A stretch of DNA of 64,000 nucleotides from Azolla caroliniana (Eukaryota; Plantae; Polypodiophyta): positions 19,468,001 through 19,532,000 of the forward strand of contig JBHGNT010000013.1 in the NCBI GenBank assembly GCA_043228905.1, read 5' to 3'. Position numbers and translations under genes: made by a program. This document shows, in pieces, positions 39,021 through 52,584 of this stretch; position 1 is the first letter of the stretch, and each line of letters opens with the position of its first letter. The notes beneath the pieces are model-generated. The model saw only the letters and a program-made list of their open reading frames with translations, made no database searches and had not been told where the DNA came from.

Positions 39021-40708
39021 AGGCAAGTGAAAATGCCTCCTTAATTTAATCAGTAGCAATTTTCTCTTTCTGCACACCGAAGCTCATCGCATTTCTATCT
39101 TCCCTTTGCTCATACATTATCATGACGAGCTCTCCATTGTAGTGATATTTCCCAATTGGTATGGAAATAGAAGATAAAGCCGTGCTTTTTTCATTGTCTT
39201 CTTCCGATCTCTTTCCTCCTATGATGATAAAAAAACAGAAAAATAAAATCGAGCTGTTTCCTGGTAACGATCTTTGCCTTTTCACCATGAGAAGAGAAAA
39301 GCCCATTCCATTTTCTGTAACCGATTCTGCTCTTTTCTTTCTTTTATACCATGAGAAGAGGAAATTCTATTCCATCTTCAGTAACATATTGCATTGGTAA
39401 CAATTTTCCTCACACACAGTTTCTCCTTCCCTCCATCTCCATCTCCCTCTCCTCCTTTTCCGCTTCTGTACAATTTCAGCTCTCAACTGTAGATTACTCT
39501 CCTCTGTGATTTTCTTGTTGCATCATTGGTCACTCTTTTAGCAGTCTCATGATTCATAAGAAATTGAAAGGTTTATGAGGTCCTTTTATATTCACATTTT
39601 CTGCTCAATTAATATTGTTTTCTTATCATTTAGGGTGGATTTTGTGTTTCTGACGTTCATTTTTCTTCTGGAATTTCGGGCTTTGCTTCATCCGAGGTGG
39701 CAAAATTTCTCTCCTTATAGCTGCATTGCATTCTGTAATGAAAAATAGGCTTCTTCCATGCTATGTGGTTGAGGCTCCCCCCATCCTATGTTAGGGGCAA
39801 AACTCGGCTTAGGTGGTTTTGCATCAGAAAGGAGAGATGTTGTTCTGTTGGTTTTCCCCTTTCCGACCAATACTTAGCGTTTTAAGCCATTCTCAACCAG
39901 TGTATCATCAACCATCAACATATGCAATGCAATAGCTTGGACCCTATTGTTGTGTACAAAGGATTATTAAATATACTGGAAACATTACCTCCAGTTTTTC
40001 CAATATACTGGCACTATGTTTTTTATTCCCTTGACATGCCCTCGATCAACCTCCCTCAACAGTAATTATGGGATCAATCCATCTTCTTTCTCTCTTTATT
40101 TGGCATTTACATGGCGAAATTGGGGAAATAATGAAAATGCGGTGGCACTTGGGGATCTAATGAAAGATTGGAATTTTGATTGTCCCTTTCATAACAAATA
40201 TATATGAATAACCAATTCAGAAACAAGCCAATTGCCATGGCCAGAATAGAAAAACATCTGACAACCAAGATGAAGAATATATTATAACCAGGTTTTTGCA
40301 TATGCCAGCATTTTTCTTATCACAGGTTACCTATTTTCCATTAGGATAATGAAAGAGATCAATAGGCTGGCCTTGCAATTCATTTATCTTGTTTCTTTAA
40401 GCATTATTTGGAAAGTTTTGTATTATAATATTACTGTTCAGATTTGAAATTAATAAAATACTTTATATGGTTGCTTCCATTGGGGATAAACTAAAATGTG
40501 ACCAAATTCAATTCATCAATTGTCTGTTTGCACCTGTTTTAACTGGACGTATTGTCACACCTTTTCATCTGCAAATATATATGGGCTACCTTAATATTAT
40601 CCATCTGATTTATGTTTCTAGATAATTGCTGCAAATTTTCAATGCATCTACCATGCTGTAATTTCTGTCATTTACGAGGCACTGGCGATGGGCGCAAGCC
40701 ATAGTTGA
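38885..40708 (+). promoter_or_regulatory. Candidate spliced upstream ORF (39 aa) in the flippase 5' leader
   Basis: 38885-38917 (GAG|GTAAAA donor) plus 40622-40708 (TTCTAG acceptor) join in frame as MKSLSGSYILEIIAANFQCIYHAVISVIYEALAMGASHS*. The splice is inferred, not observed. Confidence 0.45.
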
Positions 40709-40727
40709 GAGAGAGCACTCGTTGAAG

Positions 40728-43700
40728 ATGAAGTTCATCTCCTTCATAAATTACCATTGGCAGAGGGAGAAAAACCTTGAATCAACACGAACTATTGAAG
40801 TAAGGGGCAGTTGGCATGATCCGAAAGGAAAGAAGTATCCTAACAAGATCTCTACGACAAAGTACAAATGGTACTCCTTCTTACCGATGGGGCTTTATGA
40901 GCAGTTCCGTCGTGTTGCGAATTTATACTTTGCATTTCATGCGGCCATCACTCTTACACCTGTTTCACCAGTTAACCCAATCACGACAGTTCTCCCCCTT
41001 GCATTTGTAATTGGTGTCTCTATGGCAAAAGAAGGACTAGAGGACATAAGGCGTGGACGGTCAGACAAAGATGTGAACAATCGTCTCGTACAAACATTGG
41101 ATTCAGATGGTGTTTTCAGGAAACGACGTTGGAAACAACTGAATTCTGGAAATATTGTAAAAGTTGAGCGTGATGAGTTCTTTCCTGCAGACCTCCTTTT
41201 TCTTTTCTCAAACAATCCTGCGGGGACTTGCTATGTTGAAACTGCAAACCTCGATGGCGAGACAAATCTCAAAATAAAGAGATGCCTTAATGATACTGCT
41301 GGGTTATCTGAAAATAACCTGAAGGGCTTTAATGCTGTGGTTCAGTGTGAACACCCCAACTCATCTATCTATTCTTTCCGTGGAAACTTTCTATGGAATG
41401 ACAAGATTTCTTCTCTTACACCAGGGCAGATTCTACTCCGTGGCTCTAAGCTCAGAAATACAGAATTTGCATATGGAGTGGTTCTTTATAAAGGGTATGA
41501 AACTAAAATAATGATGAACTCAACCCACCCACCATCCAAACGGAGTTCTGTAGAACACCAGTTGGATTCCATTATTCTTTTTCAGCTTCTGCTGCTTATT
41601 TGCATGTCAGCAACTAGTGCTATGATCTTTGCAGTGTGGTTGGCTCAAGACAAAGACAAACACTGGTACTTGCAGGTCAATCTCAACAATGGCAGTAATC
41701 TTATCTCAAAAGCAGCTTACAATTATTCAAATCCATTTGTTGCGGCCATTTTACAATTTTTTACATGCCTGGTATTGTACGGTAAGGATTTTGAAAGCTT
41801 GAGTAATTTAATGGTCAGACTCCACTAGTGCTTTACTCTCATGAACTGTGCAAATTTTCAGCTGAACTAATTAAGTATAGAATCATGAAAATAATAAAAT
41901 TTTTTAATCAGTCAAGCAATCATAATTCATGATCAAGTTTAAAAAAATGCATGGTAGTCCGGATTCCATTTCACACTTGAGAGTGCTTATTGTGAACAGA
42001 ACTGGCCTGGAATATGTTTGTATTCAGCACTTCTAATTGTATATGGCAGCCAACTTTTTCCAGGTGATACTGCTCCTCTCTGATCTTAGAAAGATCAAAG
42101 AGATCATTGCTTGTTATAGAAGAAATACACCATGATATTCTAACCTCTTTGCTCTAGTACATCCAATGAAGGACATTCTCAGGGCAGACCACAGTTTCTA
42201 ACTTGAAGTGTGTCTATAAAATGACTTATTATTCATCTTGTTATGATGAGATACATCAGATGTAAACATATGTAAAACTTTCTTTCGTTTAATAGGTCAT
42301 TGTGGCCTTCAATAGACGTTAATGCTTATTTCTTGCCTTCTTTTTTATCTTCACTTTCACCATCAACTCTCATATAGTACAAGAGTTGTTGGAAGGTGTA
42401 TAACTTCCTCGCTGGAAGGTGGATGTCTGGATAAATTCCATAGTTGATGAATTATAGCCTCTTTAGCATATCTACATCTACATATAGTGCTTTCAGTTAT
42501 AATGTAGAGGATAGCATTTGCTGGACACCTAAATCTCCCTTCTGTGAGGAATCTACCTATTTGCTCATATTAGACATTTGATGCTTGCTTTAACTCAGAC
42601 AAAGGTTTCTTTTGGAATTAGGGAGCGCAAAACCTGATGGCTGCTTCATGAATAACTCCTCCTGGAGATAGCCATTCAGAAAATTGGATTTCATATCATT
42701 TGCTAATAATGCTAAGTTCTGGGCCATGGACACTACTAAAATTGGTTGCTATTTCCAAATCTTGCAGCCAGATCAAGTGATTCCTCTAAACCAACTCGTT
42801 TGTTCTGTAATACCCTTTTGCTACGAGTGTTGCTTTGTATTGATGAACAACTAACCAGCATGAGAGGGGCTTAATTTATATTGAACATTCTATGTATACG
42901 ATTTACAGTCCTAAACTAGTTTGTCATAAGGGGAGAATGAATGAGATATCATAAAGTATTCCCTACAATTAATAAAAAAGGTATCTCATCTTAAGCCGAA
43001 CTTCAGCACACATTTCCATGAAGTGTGTTCACACACTTAACTCTTGGCTTCTAACCTAACACTCATTAGTCATATGTCCCACTTTAGCACATTCATGGAA
43101 AGATTGCTTCAGCTTTCTGCTCCTCTTTATCCCATCTAGCAATGAATGTGAATCTGTATTTAACTAATGATGACTTCCCGTTTGCTCTTTTTTTTGTAGT
43201 AACACAGAAAACTGTGGTGCCCGAATCCTCAAATCTCTTCCAAATGATGAAGAACAAGTTTAGAACATCCATAGATCTGACCATGCGAGCTATTGAATGG
43301 CAAATAGAGAATGCATAGACAATGAACAATGCAAAGAAACAATGAATAAAAAAGATTATATTAATACCAGCGCCGAAGCTAGGAAAAGATTATATTGCAT
43401 ACACAAGTAATTGGCTTGAAATGTAGAAATAACCAGGTGAACACATGTGTTCTAGACTCTAGTTTCAACAAATAGAGATGTTCGCATTTTGCATGAAGTT
43501 ACCAATGTGAGTTTGAAGTCATGCAGTTAGTAGTAAGAACAATTGAAAATGAGAAATAAATTTAATTGTACTGTCCTTAACAAACATGCAATGATCATAT
43601 AAATAATCTCAATTTGTTCTATAAAAGTTCAGCAAACATTTCTAAACCCAATCAGCCTATTCCTTTGCTGATGTATCCGATTTGAGAGGGTTTTAAAGAT

Positions 43701-46700
43701 GTTTTACTTATAGACTTTGTTGGCTTATTTGTATTGGCCATTGGATTGAGCACCATGGTTGAGTTTGTATTAAAATTGATTTTAAAAGCATATGTTGTAG
43801 AATGTCTCCAAAGCTTTGGTGTCTGTATGCATATCTTGAGACTTGGATGCTGTTACATGGAGTGGCAAAGGAATGATCGTTGTATGCTTGACCAATAAGG
43901 AATTTTCTCTTAGAATTTGCAAACTTTGTTAACTAGTGAATGGCAAACTCTCGCCAAATATTCTGTCAAGTGAAACATGAGTTCTCAGATATGAGTTGAG
44001 AATGATGGGAGTTGAATCTTGATTGCTTTTGGGAGTGTTGAATATTTGTGGGGACAAATCCCTAACCACTATTAGCACTCTATGAACTAGTAAGCTGTTT
44101 ATTAATTTTGATTAGGAATCAATTGTATATTCTATTCCAATGTTAACTTCCCATAGGGTTGATAAATATGAGAGCAGTTTATACAGGTGTAATTTCGCCA
44201 AATTTTGCATGTAAAGAAATTGCACTTTATGCGGATTAAAAACTGCTATTCTTTGATTTACAGGTTATTTTATTCCTATATCTCTCTATGTTTCTTTAGA
44301 GATAGTTAAAGTTGTTCAGGCTCTATTTATAAATTCAGACAATAAAATATACTATGAGGATGCTGACAAGCCAGCTTCTGCACGGACTTCCAATTTGAAT
44401 GAAGAGCTTGGAAAGGTTGGATTTCTTTTCTTAGACGTGTGTGTTAAGTTTACATTCTACAATTGTAAGTGCTATGATTATAACCTTGTAGAATATATTC
44501 TAAGTTTCTCTATATTCTTAACAAAAATTGGAAATCTGATGAAAATGACGGATCTGAATTTGTCAGTCCGCATTTAAATGCCCTTAGAGTTTTTAAGAGA
44601 TTTGAATGCCATGCATCGTCATGCATTTTGAAGTAGTCCAAGACATGTAAGATGTCCCTGTTTTTGTTTCTTGCTCTTTGAACCTAATAATCTTTTTGTC
44701 CATAAATTTCACTTATAATCATTCCTGCCATAAAGTTAGATGATCTTTATCATGCATATTTTTCAGCTAGTTCTCACTACCAAGCTTCAAATCCCACTAA
44801 AGCTGATTGAAGACTGCAATGTTTATAATGTGCAATATCAGAAACAAAAAGCTATTCCTATGGCTATGCCTTGTGAGAGGTAGCCTTTCACTTGCAAAAG
44901 CATCTTGTCAGGAACTCTGTTTTACTCATGATAAAGAATGCTGAGTACCATATGTATGAGAAACACGGATTTTCTATCCATCAATGATGCCTCCAGATCT
45001 GTAAATGACACTCCAAATCAGGCTGCCAAATCTGCTTTCCATAAAGAATTGTAGGAGTGTGACTTGAAACTATAAGAAAGTACAAGTACAGCCACAGATA
45101 ATTTCTTCCAAATATGACAGGAAATGATATATACATTAGGCATACAGAGGCGTGGATGGTCTAGGATGTAGTGAGAGTAATAAGGCCATATGATTGTCTT
45201 ATGTGCAGTTACCTAAACCTATTTTTTCTTCCAGTGACTGATTGTGCTTAAATGAATCTGCAATTTGTTTGGGTTTATAGGGGGAATTCTTGCTAAACTA
45301 TATTTATCATAGCAATAGAGTTATATCCTTTTTTATTGTTTTGTAATGTAGGTTAGCACTATTCTCTCAGATAAAACTGGGACACTGACACGTAATGAAA
45401 TGGAATTTTTCAAGTGCTCCATAGCTGGTATTTCTTATGGGAGTGGTATGACCGAAGTTGAAAAGGTTGCAGCTTTAAGGGCAGGTAAGGCTTTGTACCA
45501 TATGGAACAAGAGAACACTAATATCAAACTTGAGAAGGAATTTGCACTAAGAGATGAAAGGCTTGATGACTTAAACTGGCAAAATGAACCCACAAAGGAT
45601 ACAATTTTCCGATTTCTGGAAATTCTAGCTGTTTGTAATACTGTCATCACTGAAGATTCAGAGGATCCTTATAACATTAACTATATATCTGAGTCTCCTG
45701 ATGAGGCAGCCTTTGTTGTTGCTGCCAAAAGATTGGGGGTCTCCCTACTTGAACGGACAGAAATGTTCATACAGTTGAAACTGTTAAAGAAGAGTGAAAG
45801 TCCAATGCTTCAGAAGTACGAACGACTGAATACCATTGAGTTCACAAGTGTTAGGTATTTGTTAATTCTGTTTTTTGCTCGTTTCCCTTAGCAATGCCAT
45901 ATTGAAATTGTTTGGTTGTGCAGAAAGCGGATGTCTGTAATAGTTCGGGATCCAGAAGGAAACATTTTTCTTTTTTGCAAAGGTGCAGATGATGTAATCT
46001 TTGACCGACTAGCTAAACATGACAATACATTTATTCATGCTACAAAGCAACACATGAAGGAATATGGTGAAGCTGGCCTCAGAACTTTGGCCCTTGCATA
46101 CCGTGTTTTGGATGAGGATATGTATGCGCAATGGCAGGTGACAGCATGCTTTCATGACTTTGCTATGCACAGCATTAGTTAGGTAACCAAAGTAGGATGA
46201 TGTTAAGTGTTGCCACTTTGTTCTGTAATAAATTTCAGGAATCTTGGTGTGAAGCCAAGCGAGAAATCAATCATGAGAACATGGAGGAACTCAATAGACT
46301 TGCTGATAAGATTGAATGTGATCTGATACTTGTTGGAGCGACTGCCATTGAAGATAAGCTTCAGGTTGGTTAGTGGATTGTAGGGATGTGCCCTACCATC
46401 TGCTTTCTCAAAGAATGTATGGTGAGGTAAATGGTCCCAGCAGCAATTAAGTACTTACCACGCATGCCATGCTTCTCAGGTTGGGGTGCCACAAACAATC
46501 TATCGCCTAGCTGAAGCTGGAATAAAGATTTGGGTCCTCACTGGGGACAAAATGGAGACAGCGATTAATATCAGTTATGCTTGCAGGCTTTTGAGGCCAG
46601 ATATGACCAAACATATTATTCGTCTTGAAGATAACATATCTCTATCATCTGAATCTCAAAATGCTGAGGAGGTGAGCATTTTATTTGCATTTATAAATAT

Positions 46701-49700
46701 CAGAAAACTAGTAGTGAAACTATCTGTAGGCTGATCTCTCAACAAGAATGCATGAATACCAGCCTCATGGATGTATACATATCAGAAACTACTATTAAGC
46801 ATTCAACATCTAGTTCTGTTAGTGTTTCAACACATTGTTTTGTAACTCAAATCTGTCCCTCACCCTCCAGTTGTGTTTTTATAGTACTATTGATGTGCCT
46901 CCTTAGGAACTTTATGTGTAGGCTCTTTCTAGGTATTTCTTTACAGTGTTTTTTTACATTCTTTTGTAAGACTTTTTGCTTTTGGGCTGCTAGATTTTGT
47001 ATTTCAGAATTGGGTCACTTGCCAGGCTATATACTGTTAATGTAAGGCCTGTAAGCTGTATTTGTGTAAGATTAAATAAAGCATTACACAACAAATACTC
47101 ATTCTTCAGTTGAAGGTGAAATATTCTTCAGATATAGACGAAGTCCTGTCTGATAATTTTTAATTTTTTTATGCAGGTATCTGCAGAATATGTACAAAAC
47201 ATGATCAAAGAAGGAGTGAATGATTTGAATAATAAGGAAAATAATAACCAATCATCACATGCCATCATTATAGATGGAAAATCCTTAGACTTTGTAATGC
47301 AAAGTACATCAATTAAGGAAGAATTTATGAGCTTTGCATTGAGATGTGACTCAGTAATTTGCTGTCGAACATCTCCTATCCAAAAGGCCACAATCACAGA
47401 GTTAGTGAGAACTTATGGAAAACAAATATGTTTGGCAATTGGTGATGGTGCTAACGATGTTGGTATGATACAGAAAGCTAATATTGGTGTTGGGATAAGT
47501 GGAGTGGAGGGTCAGCAGGTATTGAATCCCGAGAAGTCCCTCCTGAGTTTTTCATGGATGCAAATCAATCAACTGTATGCTATGTTCAGTTACTTATTCA
47601 ACTAGGATGTCTGTTCACATAAACATATGTACCTATGCAATATGAATTTATGCTATTGTGAATTCTGTATTGGATGTATGATGGTGCATAAAATGATCCA
47701 TAATATGTACGTGTATGAGACACTTGCTGTTTGGTCTGGGTGCTTACTATTCTGTTTGTCACAGGCTGCAATGTCAGCTGATTTTTCAATTGCACAATTC
47801 CGTTTCCTGGAAAGATTACTGTTAGTACATGGAGCTTGGTGCTATAAACGCACTACATTCATGGTATATACTCTCTGGAGCTATAAATGTGTTTAAACCT
47901 ATGTTTGTTAGTGCTGATACAGGAACTCTTTATGTGCTGTGCAGATAAAGTATTTCTTTTACAAGAATTTTGTATTTGGCTTGTCTATTTTCCTCTTCAA
48001 TGCATATACACGTTTTTCTGGACAATCGATCTATGCAGATTGGTTTCTTTCTCTATATAATGTGATCTTCACTTCTGCCCCAGTAGTGGTGATAGCTATA
48101 CTTGACCAAGATCTTGGAGCAAAATCACGGTTAACCTTTGCGCAACTTTATAGAAAGGTGGATTGTTAATGAAGCTTCGAAGAAACTTTATCTAAGCATA
48201 TAAGATGCACTTGCTTATCATCAGCTTTTTATATCTGTATTCAGGGACAACTTAATGCTGACCTTCGACCAAGGAAGTTTATATCATGGTTGATCAACGG
48301 AGTTCTTCAGGTATAGCAAGCTAGCCGTGATTCCTTTTTACTCGATGCTTTGAGATTTGTCATATCAATCTTTTGGAAATGAGGTAATGACAAAGGTTAT
48401 GAAACTTATGTTTGAAAATGTTATTCCAATTGCCAAAAAAGGCAAGGTTAGGTGAATTGAATTTTGGAGGCTTGATTTGTATATTGTTGGAACTTGAAAG
48501 TCTGAAAATAGTCTTGTTGAAGATAACTAATCTGGCTGAAAAATATGGCTCCCTCTGATTAAGTGGAAGCCCTAAATCTGTCATTCCAAATGTTGCTTTC
48601 AAATTATTGTGAAGCTGCTCCATCTTGGTTTCAAAAGAACCTGTAACTAGTAATTCATTTACATACAAAATAACTAGACATATCAAGCCATCGTGGTATA
48701 GGGCATAGAGATTGTTAGGAGAACATCATTGGAATTCAAGAGAAAGAAAGAAATAGTTAGCCTTGTCATACCAAGGATTCGGAGCTTGTTTCGAGCATTA
48801 TAAGGTTTGGTGATCTGAAATCTCAAAACCAGGGAGCTCCACATAGACATATTCCATTACGTCACCATTCAGAAAGGCAGATTTGACATCCATTTGAAAC
48901 ATACACCAATTGTTGGAGCAAATGTCTCCTCATAATTAACTCTTTCCACTTAGGGGTATCCTTCTGTTCCCAACTTTGCATTTGAAATCATCAATATTAA
49001 GCATGAAGTATCATTCATCTCCAAAAGCTGCATGTTGCATTGGACCACATAAATACATATGCACCGACTCCGAAATGAATGTGGCACAATTAGTGTCTTG
49101 CGAGAAAAGGTTGATGGTGGTGCTTCCCATGTATACAAGGCCTCACATGAGATATTGTTGACATTAAAATGAGGAAGATCATGCACCATTTGGGATGAAG
49201 GAAGCTGTTGAAGAGAGTCATAGTAGAGGCGTTGAAAGCAATCATGCCACAAACGAGGATCTTCTTGAGCTACCACAACATAACGTTGATGAAGAAGTTG
49301 TAGTAGATAAGACTTGGAGGATGATAATGGGCTGGTGGAGCTGTTAAGACGGTAGAAGCCAGCTTCCTTTTTGTTGCTAGCACCAATTTGTAGGTTGTTG
49401 ATAAAATAGACACCATAGCCTTGTTCAGTAGTACGAGGAATTGAGAGTAGGTTACCTGAAAGGCGAGGTACATCTAATACATTTTGAATCATAGTTGGCT
49501 GTTGTCTAGAAGAAGAATTCAAAAATACATTACCGATGCATAAAACCTCAAGAATCGAGCATCTTCATTAGATATCCAATAAATTTTTTTGAAGTGTGTG
49601 GCTATGATATAGGCATGTTGTGAAGTGTGGCTGTCATATGAATTGCACCACCTCTATCCATAATCCAATCATCTGCATCAGTCAGTCATAGAGGAAAAGA

Positions 49701-52584
49701 ATTAGCGCTGATGCCTAAGAGAGCTGTTTCTTTGGTTGTATGAGTATTGTTGGATTGTAGTGTGAACTTGAGGTTGGTTGAGGATGACATATGTCATTAT
49801 CCCATTTCTTTTTCCAGTAATTAGGCCAGATTGGTTGAGGTGGTCTTGCTTCCTGAGGAAACAAGCTATTTTGGAGAGAGAAAATCTATGATTCACTCCT
49901 TGCAGAGATTTGCTATTTGGTTCTCCAAAGCTATCAAATGAGCCTTATTGTCTTTATTATACTTTTGTTGGACTGTGTCCCACAACTCTTTAGCTATCTC
50001 ATCATCTTTGCCTACAAGTTGACAACCAACGTGAGGTGTCATGTTGAAGAGTGTTAAAGCATGATAGCAGCAATCTTTGTCACCACAAGCGTCAATTACA
50101 ACTTGTGTCTATGAGGTCAAATGCCGTTTAAGATGTCAAATGGCCTGTAGAGACCAAACCGGAGATCGCATCTTAAAACGTTGTGTAGTCTTGGGGAAAC
50201 AAAGAAAAATAAATCCCTAAAGGTATCCTAAAAGCAATGAACAGAAATTCACAAACATTTATCTCTCTGCTAACCAGCAACTGTAATGTGTTGCAGGCTG
50301 TTATTTGTTTCTTTTCAGTGGTGTATGGATATGGATATGGAAAGGTTCCTGAACGTAGCACAGGCAAGATGGTGGGGCTATTTACAATTGGAACCACCAT
50401 GTATACGTGTGTGCTCTTTGTTGTCAATATTCAACTGGCAGTAGTAATTCAGGTGAGTCTCTGATAAAAAAGTTCTCCAGTTTCTGTGAATCTCCACTAA
50501 AAGGTAAACTTAATGCTGGATAGGCTTGATTTCTGGCAGTACTGGACATGGCTGCATCATTTCTTCATTTGGGGAGAACTAGTTGTGTGGTTTTCATTCC
50601 TTGTAGTTTTTGGTGCACTTCCTACAAATTTGTCTGGGGAACTTCATTGGCTTTTTGTGAAGATTGTGGCTAATTCTTCAAGCTTCTACAGAATAGTTTT
50701 GTTGACGACAGTTTTTGCATTACTTCCGAGCTTTGCTATACACTGCTTTTCCAGGTTTCTATTCTCAATTAAAAATTGTTTCTCAATATCCAACTTTAGA
50801 AAGTTTTTAGTTGGAATCTCATAATTATTACTATGCAAATTTAGATTTTGTTGAGAGACACAAAATGTTATTTCTTGCTGACTTGCTGCATATTTCCTTT
50901 CATGCTTAGGAAAACAATTGTTTTAAATTGGAGATTAATTTGGTGGAAGGGAGAGTTCCCAGGCTTATAGGGGTTTATTATATTATATAGCTCTCAATGA
51001 GTTCCTATATGACCTGTGTGTGCTGTTAGATAATAATGCAGGTTTGTTTTCTGTCAAATTTTAAAGGATTCCCAATTTTGTAGAGGGAGAGTTCCCAGGC
51101 TTACAGGGGTTTCTTATATTATAATAGCTCTCAATGAGTTTCTATATGACCTGTGTGTGCTGTTAGATAGTAATACCGCTTTGTTGTCTGTCAAATTCTA
51201 AAGAATTCCCAATTTTGTAGGAGTCACACAAACTTATTAGAATAGAGCGCACCTAAAGAAGTGTATCATCTTCTTCCATATGCATTTCATCATTATTCAA
51301 TATTATAATGTTCAACTTTCAAAGTAATAAGGTTCATGTCTATTTTAATGCCTGCCTAGACTTTAAAATCTCACTATGTCGTATAAGCACGCTTACACTA
51401 TTTCTGTACAAGGACCCCAAGCATAACACTAATGATGACGAATGCATAAAATATTGGGTAAATTCTGATATACCCCTGAGTTTGTGTATTTCGCCAAATG
51501 CCCATGAGTTTTTGTTATTTCCCAAACTTTCTTTTGTCAACCCTTGACAGAGATAAAGAAGAGTTTAAATTGGCCATGGAATTGCTCTAATAGCACATAT
51601 AAAGTAAACAAATGAACTATATGATTTCTCAAATAGCACATATAATTTCTCTTATGGCGTCAAGTGGGCATTTGGGGAAATAAAGAAAAACGCAGGTCAA
51701 ATGATAGCTTTGGAGAACCAACAAGCCAATCTTTGAGTTTGTCCATGGGGTGGTCGTCCACATGTGTAGGATTGGTGTCTGAAATAAAACTGTCTAGGCA
51801 ATGATGTGAGCTTTAAGAAACAAAGCACATTTGATCCTTTACCTTGACATTGAGTTAGGATGTGACATCTTCCTACTTTGGGAGGAACTTTGTTCTAATG
51901 TGAAACACTCCATGTTTTGTGCATCTCCTGTAAGCCATCATGTATTTTCCAAGATCAATTAATTTATGATTGCTTCAATGCAATTTCATGACTCATGTGA
52001 TACGTCAAGTTTGTCTACGAGGCGTATATTTTTGACATGAATGGATCAGCAGTTGTCCCTTCAAAAACTAAATTGGGACCAATGCAGTTATTCTTGGTCT
52101 TGTTATGTTAATCCCATGCAAAGGTTTCTATACTAATATTTCTTTTCTATTATTATTAGGAACTTTAATCCATCTGATAATCAAATTGTGCAAGAATTGG
52201 AGAAGAAAGAAAGGATGAGCTGCAAGAAAGAACACAGCAAGAAAGAACGCAACATCGAGCTAGCACAACCATTGGAAGACAGATGGGATACCAATAATAA
52301 ACCATTTTCGATACAAGGTATGAAACATTGAATATAATGTAAGTAACAGCTCAAACTTATTTTACTAATAGGAATTTAACCTTTTTCATTCAGTGTCGCC
52401 AATGTCGTACGATTCATTTGAAGCACAGGCTGAGCCTTTGAGAAGTTGGGAGTCTCGTGAAAGCTCACAAGAGATTGAGATTGCTGAGTTAGGTTGTAAT
52501 GGGGTGATGTCTTGTAGCTCAAATGGTGTTGAGTTGGTAAAGAGAACAGATTCTGATTTTAAACACATACGAAATAATACATGA
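40728..52584 (+). CDS. ALA: P4-type ATPase, aminophospholipid flippase (ALA family), ~1226 aa
   Basis: GT-AG exons 40728-41781, 44264-44415, 45352-45854, 45924-46137, 46239-46364, 46480-46671, 47177-47518, 47765-47863, 47945-48157, 48245-48310, 50297-50452, 50540-50754, 52160-52317 and 52394-52584 join in frame (3681 nt). Motifs: STTKY, DGETNLK, PISL, DKTGTLT, SPDE, KRMS, CKGAD, TGDK, GDGANDV. The paralogue number cannot be assigned. Confidence 0.95.
48340..50170 (-). mobile_element. Heavily deleted Ty1/copia remnant in flippase intron 10
   Basis: Minus-strand fragments include protease-like [53 protein letters not shown]-like and FGMTDLG. Confidence 0.75.
50948..51222. repeat. Tandem duplication (~137-bp unit) in flippase intron 12
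   Basis: ggagagttcccaggctta...gacctgtgtgtgctgttagata...ttcccaattttgtag occurs twice. Confidence 0.85.
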
